Below, piece after piece: positions 38,193 to 50,474 of a stretch of DNA of 64,000 nucleotides (position 1 is its first letter; the number at the start of each line of letters is the position of its first letter). Below the pieces are notes generated by a model. The model had not been told where the DNA came from, did not search any database, and saw only the letters and a list, made by a program, of their open reading frames with translations. Location of the stretch: contig MU058198.1 in NCBI GenBank assembly GCA_013265495.1, positions 5,533,779 to 5,597,778 on the forward strand. The letters run 5' to 3'. This stretch comes from Vicugna vicugna (taxonomy: Eukaryota). A program made the position numbers and the translations under genes.

Positions 38193-38206
38193 CCAGAAGG
38201 GGGCAG
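38193..38206 (+). promoter_or_regulatory. CTCF-like motif (forward)
   Basis: CCAGAAGGGGGCAG, 13/14 to CCRSYAGRKGGCRS. Confidence 0.45.
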
Positions 38207-38259
38207 TAGGGGTGTTGGCTACTGAGAAGAGGAGGCCGAATGAAGTGGCATTTGTTGGT

Positions 38260-38490
38260 GAACACGGTGGTTACAAGAACTGGGACTAGAGTCCAAGCCT
38301 GCCTTATTCTCTCTGTGACCTTAGACAAGTTACTTCATGCATATGTACCTCTCTTTCTTAATAGTAAAATGGATTTAATAATGGTATACACCTTAGAAGG
38401 TCAATACAAAGAAGCAACAATTAATACATCAAGGCACTTCGAAGAGTGTCAAAACCAAAGTAAGCCTCAATAATTGTTGTGAGTGTTATT
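38260..38490 (+). mobile_element. MIR
   Basis: 'ctgtgaccttagacaagttacttcat...aaaatggatttaataatggta...taagcctcaataattgttg'. Confidence 0.75.
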
Positions 38491-39709
38491 ATTTGCCTTC
38501 TTTTTTCACTAGCACTACAAAGGTCATGCACACCTGCTGGGGGCCAACCCACACATTAGACTTTTTACAACAGGCTGACCAGCTCCTCTCCTCTAAAATT
38601 TTCAGACAACGAATGGGCACAAAAAGATCCGTAGAGAGTTTCTTTTTGCAAGTCTTCTCCCCTTAAGATAACTCAGCCTGCCCTGACCCAGCCCCAGCCA
38701 TGCTGTTTGTCCTAAACATTCCTTTTTCCCCTGTACTTTGTTTGGTAGAGTCAGCTCAGTGTTGAAGGCCCTCTGCAGGCTGCCCACCGTCAAAGCAAGA
38801 TTGTTTATTCATTCAACAAGCATGCATCTGGCATCAGTAGTGTGTTAGACACTGCGCTGGATCTTTGGGATTCGGGTGTGAACAAGATCTCTGACTCTGG
38901 AGTTTCCATTTGAGTACAGCAGATGGATGACAGGACATAAGCACATAAATAAACAAAACAATGTCAGAAAGCAGTGAATTCTACCAAATTCAGAAAGCAG
39001 TGATGAGACCAAATTAGGGGTGACCATTCCAGAAAGAGCATTCCTGCTACACCTCTAACTAGAGCGTTTGGAATTAATTTGCCTTGACCAAAGGTGGAAG
39101 CTCTGAATGCTTTAGCTGAGAGCTCATTTTACACTCATCCATCCATCCATCCATTCATTCATTCAATCGTTCATTCCACAAGGATCTAATGAGGCCAAAG
39201 ATTTGCCAAGCTCTTTACTGAGCAATAAGGAAACAGAAATCAAAAGACATGATTGCTGCATTTAGTGGACTTCCTGGTCTGGTGATGAATGAAGATGTAT
39301 TAGTAGACAACTAACAACTGAAAGAATCTTTTTTTTCAGGCGAAGTTTTAAGTAAGGAGTGTATTTCATGATAGAAAAAGCAAACTTGCCCATGGGTTAT
39401 TATTCTTGGAAAAATTCAATTAACCTTGGCTTTCTCAACTTCTTGGCTCTTTAAGTCCACCCAGTTCAACTAATAGTAGTTCCATCTACTGAAGACAAGG
39501 CAGAATTGCAGACACAAGTTCCCCTGAGACATGAGCCCATCTCATCTAGAGGTGCTGTCATAAAATTTTAATGCCTGCGTGTATGCTTGTATAAGGATCA
39601 ATATGGCTCAAAGCTGAATGTCCTTAACTGGTCCTGGCTAATGAAAAATGTACAGAGATGGATTAATAAAAAAACATTTTGTGCCAAGTGATGTTTCCGC
39701 TCATGGATA

Positions 39710-39910
39710 ATAGCAGTAATAACATCAAACACAAAGGTTGACTTTTAGAAGGTAATTTAACATAATAGCAGCACTGTGATGTCTCTATTATCATCCCATG
39801 TTGTAAATAAGGAAGCTGGCGCACAGAGATATTAATAACTTGCCTGAGTACCCAGCTAACAAATGGTAGGAACAGGATTCCAACCCAAACACGTTGGCTT
39901 CTAAAGTCCA
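39710..39910 (-). mobile_element. MIR
   Basis: 'attatcatcccatgttgtaaataaggaagctggcgcacagagatattaataacttgcc...caggattccaaccca'. Confidence 0.8.
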
Positions 39911-40099
39911 TAGACTATCATGATGCCAATAAGGAAATCTTGTAGTTGTTAGAATTTGAAAAGGAAGCTTTTCCATCATAAAAGAGACACAAGACACTCA
40001 AGGGATCTTTCTCTGAAACTGTCCATACCATATTCACATTGCCAATGAAAAACTATTTCAGCAACTCAACATTATCTGTCATGTTTAAATTAATGTTGT

Positions 40100-42250
40100 T
40101 AATTTGCACATATGCTGAGTGAATCTTGAAGGATAAGAAGGAAATACCCAAGCTCCAGGCACGAGGGGCCATGTGGGCAAATTCAATGAGACAAAAGAGA
40201 TCATGACACATTCATGTATCTGCAGATACTTCAGTGTGGCTGGAGTGTATGGTGTGAGGCAGGGATGGCAGAAAATGAGGCTGGAGAGAGACAGAAGCAA
40301 AAGCCAGGCTTCAGGAATAGACTGAACAGGCATTAAGATTGGACCTACTTGGTAGGGGATGGGGTAAGAAGGTAAACATCTGCGAACTTGACTTTGGATT
40401 CTGCCATCCTTGAGGGAAGTACCCCAAAATGTGCTGGCGTCATCATCCTTTATTGGCACCTGGTGGGCAGACATGCACATAACCAGCATCTTTACTTCAC
40501 TTGGGAGGGAAATTAAAGCAAACCAAAACTGCAAAAGGGATCATCTCAAGGACCTGTTGGAGCAGTGGGGTGCCTTCTTGGAACTAGTAGGTCAAGTCAC
40601 AGGGCTTGAAGTTCAGGGAAGTTGGTCCCTCCACCCAGCAGCAATGCTGCCTCCTTCTCTGGTTATTCATCTCTGTGTAGAAAATCTTGTCTTTGCCTGC
40701 ATGACAGGCGCACTCATCCCTTACCTGTACCTTTTGGCATTTTTCTGTAAGTCATATTTCTATCCAATTGTAACAACCACACACATCTCAAGGACCATGG
40801 ATTTTAACATTTGTGCCACAGAGAGTCTTTGAAAGGTGGACTTTAAGGAGAAAAGTTATGATCAGATTTTATAGAGAAATCACTATGATGATAGTGTGGA
40901 GAATGGCTTAAAGGAGATGAGATTAAGAAAGCAGTCTAAGAGAGAAGTCATGAAGGACTGAACCCAGACAGTGACTAAAATCTGGAAGTTGGAGAGGAGC
41001 AGAGAGACTCAGCAAGTATCTAGACTGTGGAATTTTCAGGACCCAATGACCAACTGCATGTGAAAGAGAGATAGAAAGAGACTAGAATGACTCCCGGGTT
41101 TCAGGACTGGGTATCCTGATGGTGTCATATAAGGAGATGCAGAGTGAAAGAGGGGTATCTCTTTATAGAAAAGGCATATGAGATATTCAACAGGCACTGG
41201 GAGAGAAGGAGCTGGAGCTTGAAGAAGGCTGGGCTAGAAATGGACGTTATGGAGATGGAAATAATAGATTAACTCAGCCAGGGAGAAGAGAGAATGAAAT
41301 GCTGGGAATATCAATATCCAAAAAGTGACTGAAGGAAGGGAAGCTAGTAAGAGAGGCTGAGAAGGAATAAATGCAGGAGAAGCAACAAAAGTCGGTATTA
41401 TGGGGGCCAGAGAAGCCACTGCAAGAGGACGGCACAGCCAATGCTATCAGATGCTCCAGGAGTCAAGTGGAGTGTCAGCTGGACTTCGATATAGAGGGTT
41501 ACTGGTGAAATGTTTGAAGTGGTTTTAGTGAATCGAGGGAACAAAGCTGGATGGCATTGGACTGAGTAGTCAGTCGGAGAAAACAGAGACAGTATCTTGG
41601 CCTGATTTTAAATAGAAGCGATAAGAAAAGCGATAAGACAATAGCAGTGATTTTTCAACTCTGGCTGATTATAGAATCACCTGGGGCAGTTTCAAAATGT
41701 CTGGATTCCGGGGCTCGCCACCACCACCTCAGATGGTGTTAATTGTTCTGGGGCGCAGCCCCAGGCATCTGCTTTCACAATCTCATGCTATTTGAGTTTG
41801 AGAACCTCTGAGTAGGAGGACTGTGTGGCATTGAAGGAGGGTTGTTACAAAGCTGTTATTCCAAAGCGGGAGAGCTTCCTGAGCAGGTTGCAGTGGTGAT
41901 GGCAAACAGTAAAGAGGCAGGGATAAACATGTTAGAGAAATGAACAACCATCACCAGAGCAGAATCCCTGAGTGGGCAGGAGGATTTGATTTTAGGGATA
42001 CAGGTGCATTCGCATTACACAGTTTTCCTCTGAAATGAGGGTGGAGGGAGGGGGAAGAAAGTGTGGGTTTCATATGGAGAAAAAAAGGAAGATGAGGGAA
42101 TTTTTCCTCCTGACTGTAATTGTCTTTGTAAAACAGAAGAATGGTTAGTTTGCTAAGAGGGTGGGGAAATGGTAGCAGGGAGCTAGATAAGAAGAAAAAC
42201 TTGAACTTGTGCTGCATGTGGACCTGCAGGAGGAGGCATCCCCATCTAAG
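40100..42250 (-). mobile_element. Long, fragmented L2 with interruptions
   Basis: Purine-rich antisense L2 text such as 'agaatgactcccgggtttcaggactgggt' and 'ggagctggagcttgaagaaggctgggctagaaat'. Confidence 0.7.
41645..41810. mobile_element. MER5A1-like MITE
   Basis: 'cagtgatttttcaactctggctgattatagaatcacctgggg...tttgagaacctctg'. Confidence 0.75.
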
Positions 42251-42979
42251 GCTGAAGCCAGGAATCTGTATGTAAGCTCCAATGGAAGATAAATTCCACG
42301 AGGGCAGAGCTGTTCCCTGTGTTGGTCATTGCTGTATCAGCAGGGTTAAATTCAGTACACTGGGGAAATACCAAGATGAACCAATGCGTTGTGGCACCGA
42401 TCTGTGACACTTTATTTCCTCAGCATCATTTGGGAGGCCAGGGATTTAAAAAAAAAAAAAAAACCTTGAAGCAATTCAATAAGGCTGGAGTTTAGTGTTC
42501 AAGGATAACCTGGAGAGGCATGAAAGATGGGTCCTGACCATGGAGCATCAGATAGACCAACCAAAAGACTGTGGGTTTTATCTTGAGGGCAAAAGGCAGA
42601 GAGACAGAAGAGATCAGTGTTGCCAAAAATCTACTCTGGGCTTTGAGGGATCATTTGAGGTGGGTGAGAGGCTATTACTATCATCCAGGTGAGCGATGAG
42701 GTAGGCAGTCCTGGGAGACTGGTGAAAGCAGAGGGTCAGTTTCAAGAAGGCAAATTCCAAATCACCCTAAGGGATGGCTTTACCATTGTAGGAACTGCCC
42801 AAACATGGCTGCTTTGAGCGGCAGCAAGGGACCTCATCTACTCCGGGGGCACGCTGGGCGCCAAGGGCTGAGGGCACTCTCCATGGATCTGTGAAACCCA
42901 AACAGCCACCTTCACTGCCTGCCTCTTTTGGATGCCTCATGGCCTCAGCTGGACGGAAACCCCCTCTCCTCCAGCTCAC

Positions 42980-43320
42980 CAAATTGCTGTGCTGTATTTA
43001 AAAGCCAAAGAGGAAAATAAACCCCAGCCCAAGGAGGCAGCGATTTTGGCATTAAATAAAAGGAATGTTTTTATCCTGCAATGAAAACGCTGTGATCTTG
43101 GAACACAATTTGCATAAACAGACAGTTTGGCTATAAACAACCTCACCAGTAACTGGTATTTACATATAGAACAACTCAGTCAAAACCCAATTAAAGGCTC
43201 TGATGGATTGGGGATTGTCAAAACATTTAACAGGCTTCACAGCAGCCAGGCGATTTATACGCCTCGGTCGGACCAGGCGTTCCTGATTTCTCCTCGCATC
43301 TGCTCTTTCTCCTGCCCCGA
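42980..43320. promoter_or_regulatory. Candidate enhancer (CNE-like)
   Basis: ATTTGCAT 43108-43115 fused to TAAACA 43115-43120; TGATGGAT 43201 plus TGTCA 43216. Confidence 0.5.
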
Positions 43321-43539
43321 GCCTGCGAGCAGACCAGTGACTCCCAGCCCTCCCCCAGACTGGCAGCCTGGCCTCCAACAGGAGGGCGAGAGATCTCCCT
43401 TAGCAGAGAAGGGAGCAGGATCCGGGCTGGGGTCACTGACTCGCCTAGGGAAAGCGGGGACCAGAGCTCATAGAGAGTTTGGGCACATGATGCTGTCACA
43501 GGGTCTGCTCAGATGAGGCACGATTTCAGGAGGATCCAG

Positions 43540-43675
43540 ACAATACGGCTGCCTCTGCAGCTGCTTTCACACTACAGGAGCAGTGCTGAGGAGTTGCAAC
43601 AGAGCCTTCATGGCCAGCAACACCTAAGATATTTACTCACGGGCCCTGTAAGAAAAAAATGTTCTGACTTTTGGT
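43540..43675 (-). mobile_element. MER58A-like fragment
   Basis: 'gctgctttcacactacagga...agttgcaacagag...cctaagatatttact...ggccctgtaagaaaaa'. Confidence 0.75.
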
Positions 43676-44219
43676 CTAAATGGTCCAAGGTCCCCTCCTA
43701 CCTAGATGTTGCTTGGTCTGTTCTGAAGGATGCAAAAATCTAAAGAGGATTCCAAGGCAAAAGGAATCCAGCCTTTGCTCTCTTCTGTCCATCTCCATGC
43801 ATAAGGATAACAGCATCTTTGATTTCCTTTCCTCGACTTGAGTTGGGGGTCCACAGAAACTGCCCCCATCTTCACAGCCTTCTTGCAGGCGGGAGCTCTC
43901 TCTGGCCCGTCTTCTCAGCTTCCTTCAGTTAGATATCCTATCTCTTCCTTCTGAGAGCCCATAAGAGTGAGGGAGGGGGGCGCACTCCTTTCAGAGTGAC
44001 CTCTGGGAAATTCAGAGATATCGGGAAGCTGAGGAAGGGCTTAGTTGTCCCATTAGGTAGTGAGCCCCCCATCCTTGGAAGTGTACAAGCAGAGAGGACT
44101 GCTGTGTAAGGCCCCTTGGACCTCAGATCTAGGGTTCTGCGGCTTCTCAAGCACTGTCCTAACTCAAGTCCATATGGTTACTGCCCTTGATGAGTTCAGC
44201 AGCCCCCTGTGACCTCTCT

Positions 44220-44840
44220 ACCTCAGGTGTGGCCCCTCTGATCCATCTCCAATAGGATCAAGTGGCAGCTTTGCAAATTTTGGATTTGTCTTTGTCACTC
44301 CCAGGACTAAATTCCTTCAAAGGCTATACATTGCACCCAGGATAATATCCAGACCCTAGCTTAGCATTTATTTGTCTTTTGGGCCTGCTGAATTCTCCAA
44401 GCTCATCTCCTACATACTCCACCTCCCATATCCAACCAGATCCAACAGCTACTTATTCTCCAATCATGAGTATCTCTCTACCTTTCCTCAGGCCATTCCC
44501 TCTGCCGGGTATGCACATCCCTCACCTCGTGCATATGATGAACTCCTATGTACTCTTCAAAACCCAGCTCAGATGCCCTTCCTCCTGTGTAAAACCTTTC
44601 CAAGATTTCCTCATTTCAGATTAGTTTCTATTAGTCAGTCCCTATGAAATAGATCTTGATCACAGCCCTATTTAGAACTTATGACATTGTACTAGAGTGA
44701 GTTACTTGCAGGAATATATCCCCTAGTAGATGGCGTTCCTTGAGGGAAGAGAGAGTGCTAACTCATCTTCACAAGCTTAGTCCAAGGTCTTGCATATAGT
44801 GGATGTTCAATACATGTTTTATGAACGAATGAATGAAACT
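44220..44840 (+). mobile_element. L2 3' region
   Basis: 'cttcaaaacccagctcagatgcc...cttgagggaagag...gttcaatacatgttttatgaacgaatgaatgaa'. Confidence 0.8.
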
Positions 44841-45277
44841 TAATCAAGTCAAGATTCTAGGAGCTCAAGCCACCTGATCAAACCAGGCCTGCTACCCACT
44901 TGAGGATCTCATAGCATGTCTTAGGAAGCTCCTGAGGATGTCTTCCTATGAAGGGCAGATTTAGGACAATCACTTATTCCAGATTTTTTTCCTTCTCTCT
45001 GTCAACTTCCTGAGTTTCTCCCTCTACTACTTTTCTGAATCTCGGGACAAGACACCTGAGTGGAGAGGTAGGATCTGTGGAGTCCAGTGGAATGGATTGT
45101 AGACACAGGTCTGCCCCAGGCCCCTTGTATGCTCTTGAACAAGGAATCTGCAGCTCCAAGTAGTAAAATGCAGACAGTAAATAACCCCACAAAGCTGTAG
45201 TGGGGCCTAGTGGGTTAACACACATTCACGCCCCAGGCGTCACTGCTTCTGAGATATACATTCCCTTCATCAAGATT

Positions 45278-45367
45278 CCTGAAGACCATCTAACCTATGA
45301 TCGATCTGCTGCTTGAATTTGACCTGAAGACCATCTAACCTATGACCTATTTGCTGCTTGAATTTGA
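45278..45367. repeat. Tandem duplication, 2 x 45 bp
   Basis: 45278-45322 and 45323-45367 differ at 3 positions. Confidence 0.95.
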
Positions 45368-45799
45368 AACCTGGGACAGGTGGGCATTTGGCTGTTCCAA
45401 GACACCTAGCAAGAGAGTTGTAATAAAAATAGTAACAGTCACCACAGCACGTTTACAGATCTTTTCATTTATAAAGCATGGTTGTAATTTCTGATTCTCG
45501 TATACACACACACACACACAAGAACCATAAATCAGTGTCCTAAGTAAGGCTCTAAGGACTCGGTCAAGGTCACTCCTGAGATGAGCTGCTGAGCCAGAAT
45601 ATGGTCCCAGGACACTTGCCTTGAGCCCTGGTTTCCAGGTGACTTCCAGGTGATCAGAATTTGGTCCTTGGGTGCATCATTTTCTCCAGACTTTCCCCTC
45701 AACATACACGTGGGAACAGTGCAGACTTTCAGTTCTGAAGACTCCCCCAAATCGTCACCGTCATCATCACCCCACTTCCCACTGCTCTAGCTGAATGAC

Positions 45800-46260
45800 T
45801 GTATTGATCAAGACTCTTGATTGTAAGTGATAGAAAACACTACTCAAAATGACATACAAAAATAATAACAGTAATAATAATAACAGCAATAGTATAAGCT
45901 CTTTCTGTTTCGTATAACTGAAATGTACAGATGAGGGCTCTGGAGGAACGGTTAGGTCCGGCGTAGACGATGTCATTGGACCTCAGTCCCTTCTCGATTC
46001 TCTCCACTGGTCTCAGTTAACCCCTACCCGCCCTGCCTCATAGAGGCCCCCAACAGCCCTAGACTTACCCACATTACAGCCCTTCTTGTCTCAAGCCCCA
46101 TCAGAGAAGGAGCTTCTCTTCCCCAATCTTCCTAAACGAAGCCCCAGAACTTAGTGGCATCGTGCTGACCTGGGTCGGAAGCCATTTCATGCCTGAAAAG
46201 TGGCTCTGGTGAGCAGACTGATCTACACCCACCAGCCAAGCCTGGGTCATATGCACACTT
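45800..46260 (-). mobile_element. MLT1K-like LTR with (AAT)n
   Basis: 'gtattgatcaagactcttgattgtaagtgatagaaaac...cgtataactgaaatgtacag'. Confidence 0.65.
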
Positions 46261-48264
46261 CTGGAGCTGGAGGATTCATCAGTCTTCCCCCAGCTTCATG
46301 AACTGAGCCTCGAGGATGGGTGATTTCCCCAAAAGAAAATCTAACAAGTGAGGTCCTCATCCGTGACTTCTTGGAGCCTCGGTTTCTACCCATGAAAACT
46401 AGAGTATAAAAATACCTCTCCCTCATTGTGGTATCAATTGGAAATAGAATTTGAAAGGACTGTACAACTCCTACCACGTGACTACAGCCCTGTGGTTTTC
46501 ACCCTCTTCAAAGACTCTGCTCTCCGAACCCACTCCACTGGCTCTGCTCTGGTTTTGGACGTGATTGCTCACCTACACGGTTGCAAATCGGACTTTCAGC
46601 CTTCCTGGCTCTCCCCTGGCTGGAGGCACCCCTTCGGTGCCTGACAGCCCGATTAATCTTCCACTTCAGCCAAGTTCAGGGAGCTGGAGAGCCCAGCCGT
46701 GCTGAACTTGTCTCGCACTCCACCTCGTGAATCTCAAGGCCATCGGAGCTGGACCAGTCATCTGTTCCCCCTTCACTCCCCGTAGTGAGTGCATTTCCAC
46801 GCCCTCCTTGCCAGTACCCAGCCATCTGAACTGCTTACATATTTCTTTCTCAGGAAAGCTCAGAGGGGAAAAAAAAAGATATATCCAACCCCAGGATTTG
46901 GAACCTTCCTTCTATTATCTCATAAAACATCACGTTCATATCATAAGTTCAATCCAGAGAGAGGATTTGCCATGTGAGCTCTGAGATGCATACAAATTGC
47001 CCTTCACAACCTCTGGCTACAATAAGCAAACTTCAGAAGCTGACAGTTTACTTGATAAATACCTAATAAAGCTTAAATAATTACTGAAAGCAGACAAATG
47101 AAAGAGTAGAACGGCAAGAGGTGCTGGGGTGATAAATCACAGGGAAGGAGGCAGGGACCCAGCAGCTCGGGGGAAGCAGATTGCAGCAAGGGGAAGAGAG
47201 AATCAGAGGCGGGGACTGAGGGCCGTTAAGAGGCGGCAATGAGGGAGTGGCTGGGGAGCCAAGTGATGTGCAAGATGGGTTTCCCTTTGGGGACCAATAA
47301 GGACCTCCTGTGTGATGTTTCTCAACTCTTCCAGAAGAAAGAGAGTCCAGGAAATGTATTAGTCCACCTCATTGTTTCTGAGTACCCAGCTGTGGAGGGG
47401 GGCAGGACTCCAGATACCAAACTCCTTTATAAGCTCACCCAGACCCCACCCCCAATCTTGAGGCTGGAAGAATTCGAATCATTCTTGGATGCCATACCTT
47501 GAACTTGACCTACAGTCATCATCCCCGATAGACTTGAGGAAGGTATCCCAAACTCTTCATTCATTCACTTATTCACTCACTTGTTCAACAAACATTAACT
47601 CTGTACCAAAAATAAGGTTCAGCAAACTTTCAATCTAACCAAAGATGCTTGTGGAGGCAGATGATCAAAAAATGGTACAGACTGGAAACAGAAGTTTTGG
47701 GAGTTTGTAGAAGTTTAATCTGGTTCGGGGTGAGTGTGGGGAGGGGAAGGCTTCACAGGGGAAATAGCACTTAACCTGGGGTCTAAAAGATAAATAGGAA
47801 CAGCAAGTGCAAAGGCCCTGGGGTGTAGGAGTTGTGTTGCAAGAAATCCTGAGGCCTCAGCTCCTACACCAATGCTGTGTGACAACTCCTGCCCCCTTAG
47901 TATCCTCCCCACAGGAGAAGTTCTGACTCCCATGTTTCATTTACTGAGGTGGGTTTTCTGATGTGCATTTTAGAGATGAGGACACTGAGTCCCATAACTG
48001 GCATGGGCTGGCTGTCGCCTGTGTGGTCATAGATGGTGCTTCTGTTTTAGATTCGAGCCTCCAAACACTCAGAACCTGCCTTTTTGCCTTCCTCACTCTT
48101 CAGCCTCAGCCTAACAAACCTAATTATTCAGAATACTTCTGGGAAAGGATGCTTCCCTGTCCTGCCAGATTCCCAGCAGGGATCAGAACTTTCCTGGATT
48201 CCAGCTGAGTGGGTTCCCAGTGACAGGATGCTTCTCTAATGCATCCCTGGATGTCCAGCTATCA

Positions 48265-48292
48265 CTACACACATGTACACACACACACACAC
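48265..48292. repeat. Imperfect (CA)n
   Basis: acacacatgtacacacacacacacac. Confidence 0.85.
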
Positions 48293-48874
48293 CATCACCA
48301 GGAACATCACACACAGACTGTTTGCCTAGACGTCTTCTGGCCCTCCATGGAGACTGGGTCTTCCCTGCCTCCTGACCCCCTGATGTCAACCTCTGTAGGT
48401 GCGTCTGCCTCCACAGCTTTATCTCCTGAGGTGCCAGAAGGTAAAACCAGATGTGAGTCCTCATTTGGTTGGGATGACCCTTCCAAAGACATTCTGCTTG
48501 AGACTTAAAAGAAATGGCTGGGGCTCTTATTCATTCATTCTCAGAGTCATTTGAACTAGACAACAATACTGCTTGGAGCCAGTGTTCTCTCCCATAAAAT
48601 TGGCATAATTCTGACACATTCTGCCTACTGACAAAGTTGTAAATACTTTACAGACCTTTACATTTGGATATCAATTTACCAAAAAAATTCAAATGTCACC
48701 AGCAGGGAGAGACCCCCTTCTCTCACTTGAAGGGTCGTTAATGACTAACCTTGGTTTTTTAAGACTGGATATGACTAAGTTAATCTTTCTTCCCAAATTG
48801 TTTTCTGTGTAGTAGAATGATCGCCATGTCAGAAATTACTTCTCCCTGTTTTGTGTCTGATCTTTCTACAGAAG

Positions 48875-49390
48875 TATGTAATAGCCACAACTCCTGCTGT
48901 AACAGAAACAAAATCCAAACTGGCTTAAGCAAAAAAGTAATTCATTGCCTCACAAAACTAGGAAGGATTCCAAGGTAGCTCCTGTGATCAAAGACCCACA
49001 AAACCAGAGCTTCAGGAGTTCAGCCTTATCCAAACTCTCTTTCCCTACTTCCTCAAATCCTGTGTCTTACTTCTGCTCATTTCTAGTTTCATTTTAAACA
49101 CAAACCAAAACACAAAACAAACAAAAACCTCTCTGTATTGTAGGGAAGATGACCATAGACAGCCCCAAATTCACGTCCTCCCAACACACCTGAACTAGCC
49201 ATTGTTTGTATATAAATCCCAGGGAAGAACTCTGATTGGCTCTGCTTGGATCATGTGTCCATTCCAAATGGTACTGTGGTTGGTCAGGTCTGGGTCACAT
49301 GACCACCCTAGTTGCCAGGAGGCTTAGGAACTATGACCAGAAGAAGAGAAATGAGGGTGGAAATGCTCTGGGAAGCCAAAAATAAATAGA
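48875..49390 (-). mobile_element. MLT1K-like LTR
   Basis: 'taacagaaacaaaatccaaactggcttaagcaaaaaag...aaatcccagggaagaactctgattggctctgcttggatcatgtg'. Confidence 0.75.
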
Positions 49391-49507
49391 TCTCCAGCCC
49401 AACAAGTGTTGTTGCTACATGAGGAGGAAGATATATAAATGTAGTATGAGTTTCAGGGTGTGGGAAAATAGGAATATTAACTGGTGCAATATTTCTATTG
49501 AAAAAAA

Positions 49508-49632
49508 CTTTTTTTGTGGGGTAAGGCAGTTGGGTTTATTTAGTCATTTTTTTTAGAGGAGGTACTGGGGATCGAACCCAGGACCTGGTTATGCTAAGCA
49601 TGCACTCTACCAGTTGAGCTATATCATCCCCC
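49508..49632 (-). mobile_element. Vic-1-type SINE
   Basis: 'ggaggtactggggatcgaacccaggacc...ctaccagttgagctata'; direct repeat caatatttctattgaaaaaaa at 49487-49507 and 49633-49653. Confidence 0.92.
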
Positions 49633-49654
49633 CAATATTTCTATTGAAAAAAAT

Positions 49655-50330
49655 TTTAATCTGTTTTCAAATCACCTAAAGTGTTTATACCTTAGATCCA
49701 GGAAGCCAATTTCCATGACTATATTTTGGGGGAGGAGAAAATGTAGAAAGATGTGTGTACAAGAATTCTCATTGTAGCATCATTTTCAGTAATGAAGAAG
49801 AAATAACCAAACTGTAGAACATAAACTAAACATTAAATAAATTATGATACATTACTTAAAGGGCATATTATCAATTTTTAATGATTATGATGGACGTCTA
49901 CACCTACTGACATGGAAAGAAATTTATGACATGTTAAAAGCTTTATAAAACCAGTTTGCAAAAATAAGTTTAGTCAAATTTTGGGTTTTTTTTTTAAGTA
50001 TATTAACCTTTGGGGGTAACAGTTGGAATGGGGAATAGGAGGGTTTCTTGAGTCAAAGATGTTCTGTTTCTTGATATGCTTACTAGAACAAGGGTACATT
50101 TACCTTATGAAAATTCATTAAGCTGTCCATTCATGATATGTGAACTTCACGCATAGTATATATACTTCAGTAAAAATATTTTTTGCAGATGTATATATTT
50201 AAAGAAAAAGATTTAGGGTGGTTATCTCTGGATGGTGTAATTAATAGTGATTTAAACTTTATCTTTGTGCAAGTCTTTACTGTCTGACTTTTTACAATAA
50301 TTGTGTATTGCTTTTGTAGTCAGTAAAAAA
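49655..50330 (+). mobile_element. L1ME-type 3' fragments
   Basis: 'gatgttctgtttcttgat...gaaaattcattaagctgt...agggtggttatctctggatg'. Confidence 0.7.
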
Positions 50331-50474
50331 GAAAACTAATTCCATTGGCAGTGGGAAAATGAAGAAAGGATGAGACCAAAGAACTAGAATTTCAATAGCT
50401 AGTAAAATTAGTTAGTTTGCATAGGGCCAGAAGATATACACTAGATGTGCCTACAGAGACAAGGCATGGTGGAA

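Noticed and set aside
48307..48492. Acidic, protein-like 61-aa ORF
   Set aside because: Short, non-ATG start, runs into a CA repeat, no partner exons
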